This document shows positions 29,565 to 38,763 of a stretch of DNA of 64,000 nt, one piece after another. The translations under genes and the position numbers were made by a program. Origin of the DNA: Anaerolineaceae bacterium (GTDB lineage Bacteria > Chloroflexota > Anaerolineae > Anaerolineales > Anaerolineaceae); contig DAOTUG010000002.1 of NCBI GenBank assembly GCA_034437335.1, positions 27,227 through 91,226 on the forward strand, read 5' to 3'. Each line of letters starts with the position of its first letter. Positions within the stretch are counted from its first letter, which is position 1. The notes beneath the pieces are model-generated. The model searched no databases and was not told the DNA's origin. It was given only the letters and a program-made list of their open reading frames with translations.

Positions 29565-30319
29565 TGGATTGGCTTCGCCCTATTATTGAAGAGCAGCCCT
29601 ATCCCCATGTGTTTGTGACGATCAGCGGGGCTCATCTGTATGGGTTCCCCTCCGTTGATTCGGACTATGACCTGCGGGGGGTGCACCTTCTTCCCACTCG
29701 GGAGGTTGTGGGCCTCAGGAAGGTGGAGGACACCCTGACCTGGATGAAGGATGTGGATGGGACCGAGGTGGATCTGGTGACGCATGATGCGGAAAAATTT
29801 TTCCGCTTGCTGCTCAAACGAAACGGATATGTACTAGAACAGGTTTTTTCACCTTGGGTGGTGAAAACCTCGCCGGCCCATACCCGTTTGAAGGCCATCG
29901 CGATGGATTGCGTCACGGTGCATCATGGGCGGCATTATCTGGGTTTTTCGCGTAATCAGTGGGCCTTGTTTAAAAAGAAAACCCCCCATGAGGTAAAACC
30001 CTTGCTTTACACCTTCCGGGTTTTACTGACGGGGATTCACCTGATGCGCACCGGGGAGGTGGAGGCAAACCTGAACCAACTCAACGATATCTTCGGCTTA
30101 TCCTATCTTTCTGATTTGATCGCCCAGAAAACCGAGGGGCCCGAGAAAGCTATGCTTCGGGATGGGAATGTGGATTTTTATGCAAGCGAGGTTTCGCGAT
30201 TGACGGCGATGCTGGAAAACGCCATGGCGGATTCCAGCCTGCCCAACACGCCATCCGGATTTGAAGACCTGAACGCCCTTCTGGTGGCGCTGCGGTTAGC
30301 GGATGGGGTTGAAGTCTGA
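29561..30319 (+). CDS. predicted nucleotidyltransferase, PF10127 (RlaP/YcgL-like) paralog
   Basis: 252 aa with SGAHLYGFPSVDSDYDLRGVH. Its start overlaps the upstream stop (ATGA). Confidence 0.65.
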   Translation: MMDWLRPIIEEQPYPHVFVTISGAHLYGFPSVDSDYDLRGVHLLPTREVVGLRKVEDTLTWMKDVDGTEVDLVTHDAEKFFRLLLKRNGYVLEQVFSPWVVKTSPAHTRLKAIAMDCVTVHHGRHYLGFSRNQWALFKKKTPHEVKPLLYTFRVLLTGIHLMRTGEVEANLNQLNDIFGLSYLSDLIAQKTEGPEKAMLRDGNVDFYASEVSRLTAMLENAMADSSLPNTPSGFEDLNALLVALRLADGVEV

Positions 30320-30321
30320 GA

Positions 30322-30756
30322 TCAGGCTGGCAGGGTCTTGATCCATTCCTGGATTTTGGCATCAATTTTATCCCGCACCCGGATGGTTTGCGCCAGGATC
30401 TCCTCCTCAGTTCCGGTGAACTCGGACGGATCATCGAAGCGCCAGTTGAGGAGGGTGCCCGGCACCGGGAAGGTGGTGGGGCAGTCCAATTCGTCCCGGT
30501 CACAGACGATGATCACATAGCCGAAATAAGACCGGCCCAGATATTCTTTGACATTGGTGACGGGGTGGTTGGAGATGTCAATCCCCATATTGGCCATGGC
30601 TTCGATCACAGCCGGCATGATCGGTTGGGGGTTGAACCCGGCGCTGACCACGTCGAATCGGTCGCCGCCGCGCAACTTTAGCAGGGCTTCGGCCATTTGG
30701 CTGCGGGCTTTGTTGTGTTTGCAAAGAAAAAGGACACGAATATTCTTATCAGTCAT
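30322..30756 (-). CDS. arsC: arsenate reductase, thioredoxin-coupled LMW-PTP type
   Basis: 144 aa with the CX5R loop [12 protein letters not shown] and a downstream Cys pair [10 protein letters not shown], aligned from memory to Bacillus ArsC LCGDAADKCP. Confidence 0.7.
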   Translation of the reverse strand: MTDKNIRVLFLCKHNKARSQMAEALLKLRGGDRFDVVSAGFNPQPIMPAVIEAMANMGIDISNHPVTNVKEYLGRSYFGYVIIVCDRDELDCPTTFPVPGTLLNWRFDDPSEFTGTEEEILAQTIRVRDKIDAKIQEWIKTLPA

Positions 30757-30892
30757 TGCTTAACCTCACCAAGAATCAGTAATTAACCCCATTATAAGCT
30801 TGTCCGCCTCATAATTCCGGGTGTTAGTCTAACCTTTACGATTCCTTGACAATCATTTAATAATTTTTTTCTAATATCACAGGGGAGGTCCC

Positions 30893-32314
30893 ATGCGCGT
30901 GCGCTTTTATCTGCCCTTGTTTCTGTTTTCTGTGTTTCTTACGGCTTGTTCTGGTCTGGGATCCGGTCTCCCCGGTGACCGTCTGGTGACCGGGCCTCTT
31001 TTTTCGGTTTCACCGGAACCTCAGGCCCCTCCAGACCGGTTTTATATCCTGAATAAAGTTTTGGGGGATTCCGTCTCGGAAAACATCCTCAGTTGTTTTG
31101 ACCTGAACGACCACCGACTCCGATGGGAATTTTCGATTGATACAGAAGAAACACCGACCGCTTACAACACTTCCCTGCTGGTCGGTGATGCCCGGGTTAT
31201 CCTGGTTGTGGAAGGACGTGCCTTTGCCCTGGACCCCGATACGGGGGCTCTGCAATGGCAAGGGGGCATCGGAGGCAGCCTGGCCTTTAACAACCAGGCT
31301 TCCCTCCGTTTGGTCGGTGAGGGACTTTTCTTTCTGAACGACGCTGGTCACCTTTTGGCGCTGGACGCCGCCAGCGGAGAGCCCTTGTGGACTCTGCGTT
31401 TGGAAGCGACCGAACTGGCCATCCGCCGCCTGTACGTTAGCGATGGCCATCTGGTGGTGGCGGATTGGTTGGATGGGGAAACCCGGGAGCAGGCCGCCCT
31501 GCTGGTGGTGGATCCGGCCACAGGCGAGATCCTGCACAGTCTGGCAACCCGCTGTCCTGATGGGGAGGGTTTCTTTCCCGATGAGCCCTTCCGGCTGTAC
31601 GATTCCTTCCTTGTGGCCGAGGAGGCACACCAGGCGGTTTTCCTGATAGATCATATCCGTCAGGTGTGTGTCAGTTTGGGGTCTCTCCAGGATGGCGAGA
31701 TCCTGTATCTCTCTCTTTTACCGCAGGATTTTGAACTGCCCTTTTTTTATCCTGAGAAGACCACCCTTGTTACGGATGTGGGGGTCTTCATTGGCGAAGA
31801 GGTGGACAGGTCGGGAACACCCTGCAGGCTTGTCCAGGTTGATCCTGCCGGTGAGGTGGCGGTCATCGCGCAGCTACCGAATTGTTCTGTGCTGGACCCG
31901 ATCCTTTGGGCCGATCCGCTGTTGTTTGCCCTGGTCGTTCCGGAGGAGGGCCCACTGTCTGTGGTTGCCATCCCGCCTTCCGCCAGTCAGGTTGCCTGGA
32001 CTCTACCTCTGGATACCCCAGGAACAGATTGGGATGAAGAGGGCGTCGCTGTTTTCCTCCGAGAAGGGCGGTTGGTTATTTTAGAGACCTATTTACAGGA
32101 GAATGTCCGCCGGCTGGCCTATCGGGAGATTGATCCGAAAACAGGTGCGGTGCTGACCGGGGAGGCGGTCACTCCCCGGGGAGAGACTCCCTGGGAGGTG
32201 TTTCCGGTGCCGTCTCCCGGAGGTCTGTACTATCTAAGTGAGAATAGTTTGGTGTGGTATTCCTTTGAAGCGGGGGAGGAAGAAGTGATCTGGCCAGCCT
32301 TTTATCTCAAATAG
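30893..32314 (+). CDS. PQQ-like beta-propeller repeat lipoprotein
   Basis: 473 aa. Signal peptide with the lipobox LTAC. Repeats such as ALDPDTGALQWQ and ALDAASGEPLWT. Confidence 0.65.
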   Translation: MRVRFYLPLFLFSVFLTACSGLGSGLPGDRLVTGPLFSVSPEPQAPPDRFYILNKVLGDSVSENILSCFDLNDHRLRWEFSIDTEETPTAYNTSLLVGDARVILVVEGRAFALDPDTGALQWQGGIGGSLAFNNQASLRLVGEGLFFLNDAGHLLALDAASGEPLWTLRLEATELAIRRLYVSDGHLVVADWLDGETREQAALLVVDPATGEILHSLATRCPDGEGFFPDEPFRLYDSFLVAEEAHQAVFLIDHIRQVCVSLGSLQDGEILYLSLLPQDFELPFFYPEKTTLVTDVGVFIGEEVDRSGTPCRLVQVDPAGEVAVIAQLPNCSVLDPILWADPLLFALVVPEEGPLSVVAIPPSASQVAWTLPLDTPGTDWDEEGVAVFLREGRLVILETYLQENVRRLAYREIDPKTGAVLTGEAVTPRGETPWEVFPVPSPGGLYYLSENSLVWYSFEAGEEEVIWPAFYLK

Positions 32315-32323
32315 AACTGCTTC

Positions 32324-33349
32324 TCACCAGCGTGCCCGGTGGTCCTCCGCCCAACCGACGGCATCACGGATCGGGATGGTTCCCTTGTCGGTTGTCAGGG
32401 ACCCGGAAAAGCGGCCGACCATCTGATGCACTTCGGAGCGGATGATCAGGGCATTGGTTTCGGCGACCCGTTCATAAAAGGGCTCGAATTGAAGATCCAC
32501 CCGGTCTGTTCCTTCCGAGTGCAGCCGCCAGGGATTCATGAAATTCTCCGGATCGTAGGTGAAGGTCACCTTTTCGGCCAGTTTGGTCAGCTTCCCGTCA
32601 ATGCAGAGACCATTTTCGGTCATCCCGGTTCCATCTGTCCAACCGGCGCCCAGATTTACGCCGGCGGTTCGGCCGTCCGCCAGGCGGGTGGAGAAGCTGG
32701 CCCAATTCCAGAAGCAGGCGAAGGGCCAGATGCCCCGGCCAAAATCCAGACAGGCGAAACTGTACTCCGGGTCAAAGGACATCAGAGCCTCGCCCCATTG
32801 GATTGATCCCCGTGTGGGGAGGGTGTTTTGTTTACTGGTGAATTGAAACTGTCTGTGAGACCAGGGGATGACCACATTCAGGGTTTCATGGCCTTCCGGG
32901 ATGGCCACATGCAGGTCCACCGCCAGGGGCCTTCCTTTGAAATCCGGGCAGTCCACAGCCAGGTGGACGCCCCCCTCCTCCTGCAGCATGTGGATCGCCA
33001 GGGCCGGGTCCCGGAAGCGGACATCCGCCCCCACCCTTTCGGGAAGATGGCAGCCCGCACCGAGGGGTTTGAGGAGGGTCTTTTCCACAAATGTGTTGGT
33101 GTCGAATTCCAGAAGGTAGATGAAGGGCAAACCGAGATAGTCAATGTCTGAGAGCGTAACGGAGAACAGATGGGTCGGGCTGACGACGCACCAGTAATTC
33201 CAGCGCTTTTTGCGCGGCCAGCGCCCTCTCAGGTTGCAGATATGCAGGGGGTGTCTGCTCCATCCCACCGCCTTCGGATTCAGGTTGCCCCTCTCATTGC
33301 ACAGCTTGACGGGTTGGGTCAGTTCGGTCTCAGATGGGTTGTGTGTCAT
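32324..33349 (-). CDS. DUF2804-like protein
   Basis: About 341 aa from ATG 33349 (AGGAG 7 nt upstream); the ORF-track start at 33379 is TTG. The family assignment is from memory of the RKKRWNYWCV-type segment and is moderately uncertain. Confidence 0.5.
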   Translation of the reverse strand: MTHNPSETELTQPVKLCNERGNLNPKAVGWSRHPLHICNLRGRWPRKKRWNYWCVVSPTHLFSVTLSDIDYLGLPFIYLLEFDTNTFVEKTLLKPLGAGCHLPERVGADVRFRDPALAIHMLQEEGGVHLAVDCPDFKGRPLAVDLHVAIPEGHETLNVVIPWSHRQFQFTSKQNTLPTRGSIQWGEALMSFDPEYSFACLDFGRGIWPFACFWNWASFSTRLADGRTAGVNLGAGWTDGTGMTENGLCIDGKLTKLAEKVTFTYDPENFMNPWRLHSEGTDRVDLQFEPFYERVAETNALIIRSEVHQMVGRFSGSLTTDKGTIPIRDAVGWAEDHRARW

Positions 33350-33375
33350 GGATGGCTCCTGTGCTGGCCTGGGCT

Positions 33376-33984
33376 TCAAGCAGATTCCTGCGGACCCCAG
33401 GGTCGGTCTGGCAGGCTTTCCTGTCCTCGCAGTGTGAATTCCAGTTTTTCTTCCGCTTCCGACACAATCCGGTCAAACAGATCCTCCAGGGCCTGATTGG
33501 TGCCCCGCATTCCGGCGATGACATCCGCGCCCCATTGGATGTAATTGCGCCGCCGCTGGAGGTTCCAATCAGCCGGCGGGTGGGCGAGAATATCGCGGCA
33601 GTTCACAATTTTGTCCCCCAGTTTGAGGGTTTTGGCCGCCGAGGAAAGATGCGGGGCGTGGAGCACCTGGCGGCGTTTGCGTTCTATCTTTGGCAGGGTT
33701 TTGTCGTCAGTCACTTCCAGAACCACATCCAGGACATCCTGGCCGAAGGCCTCCCGGATTTCCTCCGGGGTGGTCTCGGTGTCCTCCACCGTGTCATGCA
33801 GGATAGCAGCGGTCAGGGTGCAGGTGTCCCGAACTTCACCAACATCCCAAAGGACCCTGGCGACGGCCAGGGGATGGGTGATATAGGTTGAGTGTTCATT
33901 GTCCTTGCGGGTTTGTCCGGCATGCTTACGGGCGGCAAGGCTGGCTGCCTTGAGGAGTGAACCCACATTCAATGAAGCTGTCAT
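33376..33984 (-). CDS. HD-domain protein, RelA/SpoT-type (p)ppGpp hydrolase-like (MESH1/SAH-like)
   Basis: 202 aa with HPLAVARVL and ILHDTVEDT motifs. No synthetase domain. Confidence 0.7.
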   Translation of the reverse strand: MTASLNVGSLLKAASLAARKHAGQTRKDNEHSTYITHPLAVARVLWDVGEVRDTCTLTAAILHDTVEDTETTPEEIREAFGQDVLDVVLEVTDDKTLPKIERKRRQVLHAPHLSSAAKTLKLGDKIVNCRDILAHPPADWNLQRRRNYIQWGADVIAGMRGTNQALEDLFDRIVSEAEEKLEFTLRGQESLPDRPWGPQESA

Positions 33985-34070
33985 GGGTTTTTAAGTCCTT
34001 GATTATGTTACTGGAACGTCTGCCCGCCTGGCCGAAGCCGGAGGCATTCTCAGTTGGAGTTGGGCAGGGA

Positions 34071-34841
34071 TCAGTCCCGCATGCGGATTTCAATGATCGC
34101 GCCGCCGGCCACCTTACGCATTTCAAAATCCCGTCCGTGGCCCTTGATGAGATGGCTCAATTGGCGATGGCCGTAGCTGCGGGGGTCGAAACCGGGATCA
34201 ATCCGGCGGAGGGCTGTTCCCACCTCGGAAAGTCGGGTCCAGCCGTCATCATCCGGGCCGACCATGTCAATGGCCTGGCTGACCAAATCCACCAATTCGC
34301 GCTCCTGTGCGCTCATGTGGTGGCTGGACCGACCGCCCCGGCTGCGGCTCCGTCCGCCCTTATTGCCGTTCCGGGCCAGGTTTTCCGTATAGATGAAGAC
34401 ATTGCAAGCGCTGACAAAGGCCCGAGGGGTGTTTTTCTTCCCGATGCCCACCACCAGTAGACCGCTTTCCCGGATTCGGGTTGCCAGGCGGGTGTAATCG
34501 CTGTCGCTGGAAATCAGACAAAAACCGTCAACCTGACCTGAATGCAGGATGTCCATTGCATCAATGATCATGGCGCTGTCCGTGGCATTCTTACCGACGG
34601 TATAACGGAATTGCTGAATGGGTTGAAAGGCGTGGATGTTCAGGGTGTTTTTCCAGGAATTCATGTTGGGGGTTGTCCAATCCCCATACACTCTGCGGAT
34701 GGTGGCGTTGCCGTACTTGCCGGCCTCTACCAGGATCTGTTCGATCAGGGAAGCCTGGGCGTTGTCTCCATCAATCAGAATTGCTACACGTCGTTCATTG
34801 TCGTCAATATTTTCTTCTTGAATTTGTGTGTTTCTTACCAT
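34071..34841 (-). CDS. NYN ribonuclease domain protein with C-terminal OST-HTH/LOTUS domain
   Basis: 256 aa with VAILIDGDNA and LISSDSDYT (NYN acidic residues). The C-terminal ~70 aa is LOTUS-like (WTRLSEVGTALRRIDPGFDPRSYGHRQLSHLI). Confidence 0.7.
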   Translation of the reverse strand: MVRNTQIQEENIDDNERRVAILIDGDNAQASLIEQILVEAGKYGNATIRRVYGDWTTPNMNSWKNTLNIHAFQPIQQFRYTVGKNATDSAMIIDAMDILHSGQVDGFCLISSDSDYTRLATRIRESGLLVVGIGKKNTPRAFVSACNVFIYTENLARNGNKGGRSRSRGGRSSHHMSAQERELVDLVSQAIDMVGPDDDGWTRLSEVGTALRRIDPGFDPRSYGHRQLSHLIKGHGRDFEMRKVAGGAIIEIRMRD

Positions 34842-34904
34842 ATTGTGATTATACCTAATCTCCTTGAATGGATAGAAAGGATTTCCATAGATGATCGTTT
34901 GTTC

Positions 34905-36068
34905 TCATGCACCGTTTTTCATGATCTCGGCCGGTGGGCGCCGTTGCCGCAGCAGATCCGCCATTTTACGCATGGGCTGGTCAATGTGCTGGAAGAAATC
35001 CAGATACCCCGGACAGAGGCGGTTGAGTCCCGTCTCATCCCGGTTTTTGGGACAACCGCCATGGCAGATGAACAGCACCGGGCAGTTCCGGCATTTTTCG
35101 GGCAATGTGTCTCGTTTGTTCAGGCCAAAGCGCACCTGCCGGGTAGATTCTACCAGGTTTGTAAGAGGTGTTTTGGTGATGTTGCCGATTTTGTGCTCCG
35201 GATTGACAAAATGGTCACAGGCGTACAGATCGCCGTTATGTTCCAGCACCATGGCCCGTCCGCAGGTTTCGGCAAAGATGCACAATCCGGCTGGTTGGCC
35301 AACCCACACCCCCAAGGCAATGTCAAATATCTGGACAAAGACCTGGCCGACATCCCTGCGAATCCAGACGTCAAAGATGGTTTTCAGGAAGCGGCCGTAA
35401 TCCGGCCCCTTGAGGGATAGGGAGGTGATTTCTTCGGTTTCCAGGCCGTTTTTGTCCACCACCCGCTGGATGATGGGGATGAACTGGATGAATTTTGCGC
35501 CGACCCGGTCCCGCAGGAAGCGATAGACTTTGATTGGATGATCCACATTGGCCTGATGCACACAACACAAAATGTTGAAATCCACATCAAATTGCTGCAA
35601 GAGCTGGGCTGCGCGCATCACCTCCTGAAATTTCCTCCGGCTGGAAGCGGTGCGGCGGTGGGCATTGTGCACATCCGGGGGGCCATCCAGGCTGAGGCCG
35701 ACCAGAAAGTTGTTCTCTTTGAAAAAGCGGCACCAGGCCGGGTTGAGCAGCGTGCCGTTGGTCTGCAGGGTGTTGCTGATCTGCATGCCCGGGGGTGCAA
35801 AGGCTTTTTGCAGTTGGACTGCTTTCTGAAAGAAGGGCAGGCCCATCAAGGTTGGCTCCCCCCCCTGCCAGGAAAATTCTATCTGCGGGCCGGGTTGGGC
35901 TGCCATCATCTGATGCGTGAAATCCCGGAGCAGGGATTTCGACATGCGGAAGTCCGAATCCGGATAGAGATGCTGCTTTGGGAGGTAATAACAATAGTCG
36001 CAGGCCAGGTTGCACACCGGACCGCGTGGTTTGACCATGATATGAAAGGGTTTTGTGGCTTGCCGCAT
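34905..36068 (-). CDS. anaerobic sulfatase-maturating enzyme-type radical SAM/SPASM protein
   Basis: FHIMVKPRGPVCNLACDYCYY, WQGGEPTL, CGRAMVLEHNGDLYACDHFV, CRNCPVLFICHGGCPKNR. ATG at 36068 is preferred; the alternative is GTG at 36113. Confidence 0.8.
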   Translation of the reverse strand: MRQATKPFHIMVKPRGPVCNLACDYCYYLPKQHLYPDSDFRMSKSLLRDFTHQMMAAQPGPQIEFSWQGGEPTLMGLPFFQKAVQLQKAFAPPGMQISNTLQTNGTLLNPAWCRFFKENNFLVGLSLDGPPDVHNAHRRTASSRRKFQEVMRAAQLLQQFDVDFNILCCVHQANVDHPIKVYRFLRDRVGAKFIQFIPIIQRVVDKNGLETEEITSLSLKGPDYGRFLKTIFDVWIRRDVGQVFVQIFDIALGVWVGQPAGLCIFAETCGRAMVLEHNGDLYACDHFVNPEHKIGNITKTPLTNLVESTRQVRFGLNKRDTLPEKCRNCPVLFICHGGCPKNRDETGLNRLCPGYLDFFQHIDQPMRKMADLLRQRRPPAEIMKNGA

Positions 36069-36282
36069 GGGTTTAAGTGTATCACATGGGTAAAGGTTGG
36101 GGCGTTTCCACACCGTCTACGGCGGCATAATAGCATAAGATGGGGAATGCCCCGGAATGGATTGGGGCGACAGGCCCTGTGAGACCAGGGCAGGCAGCCG
36201 GTGGAACAAGGCCGGGCATCTCTTAAAGTTGTTGGAGGATGCCTGCAGTAAGGAACCACCGACCGGTTGGGTATGGCGATCG

Positions 36283-36317
36283 AAAAAGCGTTGTCATCCT
36301 ATCAGGATGACAACGCT
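36283..36317 (-). terminator. rho-independent terminator after msrA
   Basis: Perfect 14-bp stem AGCGTTGTCATCCT/AGGATGACAACGCT with a 3-nt loop. On the minus strand it is followed by TTTTTC. Confidence 0.8.
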
Positions 36318-36334
36318 GGTGGATGCGCGCCGTT

Positions 36335-36805
36335 TTAGGGGCGTCGGAAACTGTGTTTCTCGTAATAGCGTTGGTGATACGCTTCCGCTTCGTAAAAATC
36401 GCCCGCAGGGACGATTTCTGTCCGGATGGGCTGGCGATATTGCCCGGAGCGATTCAGTTCTTCCTTGATCTCTTCGGCGATCTGTTTTTGCTCCCCGTCG
36501 TGATAGAAGATACCCGATCGGTATTGGCTGCCGATATCAAGGCCCTGGCGATTGTAGGTGGTAGGGTCGTGCATCTCGAAAAATTTTCGCACCAAGTCTT
36601 CATAGGAGATGGTGTCCGGATCGTAGGTGATTTGGATCGCTTCCGCATGACCGGTTTTGTCCGAGCAGACCTGTTTGTAGGTAGGATTTTCCATGGTGCC
36701 GCCGGTGTAGCCGACGACGGTATCCACAACCCCGGGGATTTTCCGGAACCGGGATTCAACCCCCCAGAAGCATCCGGCAGCAAAGGTGGCTTTTTTCTTT
36801 GTCAT
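36335..36805 (-). CDS. msrA: peptide-methionine (S)-S-oxide reductase
   Basis: 156 aa with the active-site GCFWGVE. Confidence 0.9.
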   Translation of the reverse strand: MTKKKATFAAGCFWGVESRFRKIPGVVDTVVGYTGGTMENPTYKQVCSDKTGHAEAIQITYDPDTISYEDLVRKFFEMHDPTTYNRQGLDIGSQYRSGIFYHDGEQKQIAEEIKEELNRSGQYRQPIRTEIVPAGDFYEAEAYHQRYYEKHSFRRP

Positions 36806-37218
36806 GATACGTTCTCCTGTTTTTCGTTGGGTTCAAAGCGCAATGATACGGAATTGATGCAGTACCGTTTTCCGGTCGGTTTGGGACCGTCCCCAAAGAC
36901 ATGGCCCAGGTGGGCATCGCATCGGGCGCAGACGATTTCAGTGCGGCGCATTCCGTGGCTTGTGTCCTGATGGGTTTCGATGTGTTCCTGATCTACCGGC
37001 TGGAAAAAGCTGGGCCAGCCGGTGCCGGAGATGAACTTATGCTGAGCGGAAAACAAAGGCAGATCACAGCAGACGCAGTGATATAACCCGTCCTGTTTGT
37101 GATCGTAAAATGCGCCACAGAAGGGAGGTTCGGTCCCTTTTCGGCGGGTGACCTCATATTGTTCCTGGGTGAGTTCCTGGCGCCATTCCGCATCCGTTTT
37201 TTCGATTTTTTCGATCAT
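36802..37218 (-). CDS. msrB: peptide-methionine (R)-S-oxide reductase
   Basis: 138 aa with zinc CxxC pairs (CVCC, CARC) and GHVF...RYCINS. Overlaps msrA by 4 nt. Confidence 0.9.
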   Translation of the reverse strand: MIEKIEKTDAEWRQELTQEQYEVTRRKGTEPPFCGAFYDHKQDGLYHCVCCDLPLFSAQHKFISGTGWPSFFQPVDQEHIETHQDTSHGMRRTEIVCARCDAHLGHVFGDGPKPTGKRYCINSVSLRFEPNEKQENVS

Positions 37219-37338
37219 GGTTACTCCTCTTCTTGTATGTTTCTTAGCCTAATAATACCATAAATAAGATAAAAATAATATAAATTAAACAAGTTCTTAT
37301 ACAATGTATATACAATTTGGGGAATCGGTGGGAACGGG
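37219..37338 (-). promoter_or_regulatory. AT-rich (about 20-25% GC) promoter region of msrBA with repeat/palindrome
   Basis: 120-nt gap. Read on the minus strand it contains ATTGTATA-tac-ATTGTATA. The 10-bp palindrome TGTATATACA lies at 37305-37314. Confidence 0.4.
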
Positions 37339-38751
37339 TCAGGAAAATGGGGCCAGATGACGTTGAAAGTGCCCTTCCAGCCCGCAGGTATAGGCCTGGC
37401 GGTGTCTCGTCAGGGCCGTCATCAACCTGCTGCCAAAGGAGTCCAGCACCTCTCCATAGGTCACATGGAGAATCTGGCGGGCGTCGAAGTGGTCCAGGAG
37501 GAGCGGAAGGCCCTCCTCCGGCACATCCCTGGGCGCTCGATTGGTTTGGGCGGAGACGTGATAGGTGGCCCGGGCCTTCGGGTAGATCTGGCGGGAAAAC
37601 TGGTAGATCTTCCGGAAGAGATCCGGTTCCTTATCCGCGAGGACTCGCAGAGCTTCCAGATAGCTGGTCCCGGCGGTTTTCACATGCACCCGGTCTCCAG
37701 CATGTCTGGCCAGCAGGGGATACACGCTGAACTTATCCGAGCCTGAGTGCAGGCTGATCTTGTACGAGTCAAACGCTTTGAGCACGGCAGCATGTTGTTG
37801 GAGGGAGCGGTCCAGCTCCTCCCTGTTGCCGATGAAATCCACGCCCTTTTCAAACCGGCCGGTCAGACGGGGCGCCAGGCTGGTCCAGCAGACTCCCAGG
37901 CGGGATAATTCCCGTGCGATCAGATAATGGGCTGCGGGTGTGGTGGGATGGGCTGTTTCGTCCACAGAGATTTCAAAGTCAACGGGGAATCCTTTTGTCT
38001 CCTCGACGAGACGGCGATAGATTTTCAGGGCATGCGCCAAAGCCCGGCCATAGGTGATCAGACTTCCCGCCAGGTCAGCTTCCTTCATGCGGAGCTTCCA
38101 ACCGGGCAGGGGAATATCCCTATTCAGGTAGGTCCGGCGCAGGTCCCGATAGGTTGTCTGGAGCTGGTTCCAGGGGAGGGCTTCCAGGGCCTTGCTCTGC
38201 GCGTCCCGACTGTGGGGCAGGGGTTGGACGTGATCGCCCGGGTCCACGGTGAAAAAGGTGTACCCGGCGTGCAGAAAAGGGGTCAGATCCCCTGCCTCTT
38301 TGAGGTGGTCTGCGTCTGCCCCCCAGGGTTTTTGCCAGCCGGATTCAAAGACGCCCCACATGGCGTCATCCAGGACGGTTTGCGGGCTTCGCCCCGTCCG
38401 GGCATTCTCGCGAACGGATTGTTGAGCGAAAACGGGAAGCAGTTGGGCCCGAGCCGCGGCCCGGGCATGTCCCGGGGTGGCATTTCCCAGACGGTCGCCA
38501 AAGCCAAAGGAGGGGCTCAGCCCCAACGGGCTGGGCTTCAGATGGGGGAGGCGCTTGCGCAGGTTTGCAGCGTTGTGGGCCGTCAGGGCAAAATAGCCGC
38601 AGTCTCCCGCTCTCTCCTGCAGGTCCTCAAACTCGCTGGAATCGCCCCTGACACCCAGGAAGCGTTCCCCGGTCTTCTCGGCCAGGAAGAGGGTTCCTCG
38701 GGGTGTTCGGGTTATGGAGGCGCGGATCTCTTTCCAGGAACTCATGTTCAA
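37339..38751 (-). CDS. tagaturonate/fructuronate epimerase (UxaE)-like protein
   Basis: 470 aa. SFGFGDRLGNATPGH, FAQQSVRE, WGADADHLK, HSGSDKFS and KTAGTSYLEA match my recollection of the UxaE family. Lies next to a beta-glucuronidase gene. Confidence 0.6.
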   Translation of the reverse strand: MNMSSWKEIRASITRTPRGTLFLAEKTGERFLGVRGDSSEFEDLQERAGDCGYFALTAHNAANLRKRLPHLKPSPLGLSPSFGFGDRLGNATPGHARAAARAQLLPVFAQQSVRENARTGRSPQTVLDDAMWGVFESGWQKPWGADADHLKEAGDLTPFLHAGYTFFTVDPGDHVQPLPHSRDAQSKALEALPWNQLQTTYRDLRRTYLNRDIPLPGWKLRMKEADLAGSLITYGRALAHALKIYRRLVEETKGFPVDFEISVDETAHPTTPAAHYLIARELSRLGVCWTSLAPRLTGRFEKGVDFIGNREELDRSLQQHAAVLKAFDSYKISLHSGSDKFSVYPLLARHAGDRVHVKTAGTSYLEALRVLADKEPDLFRKIYQFSRQIYPKARATYHVSAQTNRAPRDVPEEGLPLLLDHFDARQILHVTYGEVLDSFGSRLMTALTRHRQAYTCGLEGHFQRHLAPFS

Positions 38752-38763
38752 CGCCGGGAGGCC

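Noticed and set aside
30322-30756. arsC as evidence for an arsenic resistance island
   Set aside because: No arsB/acr3, arsA or arsD gene is adjacent, and the only ArsR-family gene is 14 kb away in a different operon. Treated as an isolated LMW-PTP/ArsC-type gene.
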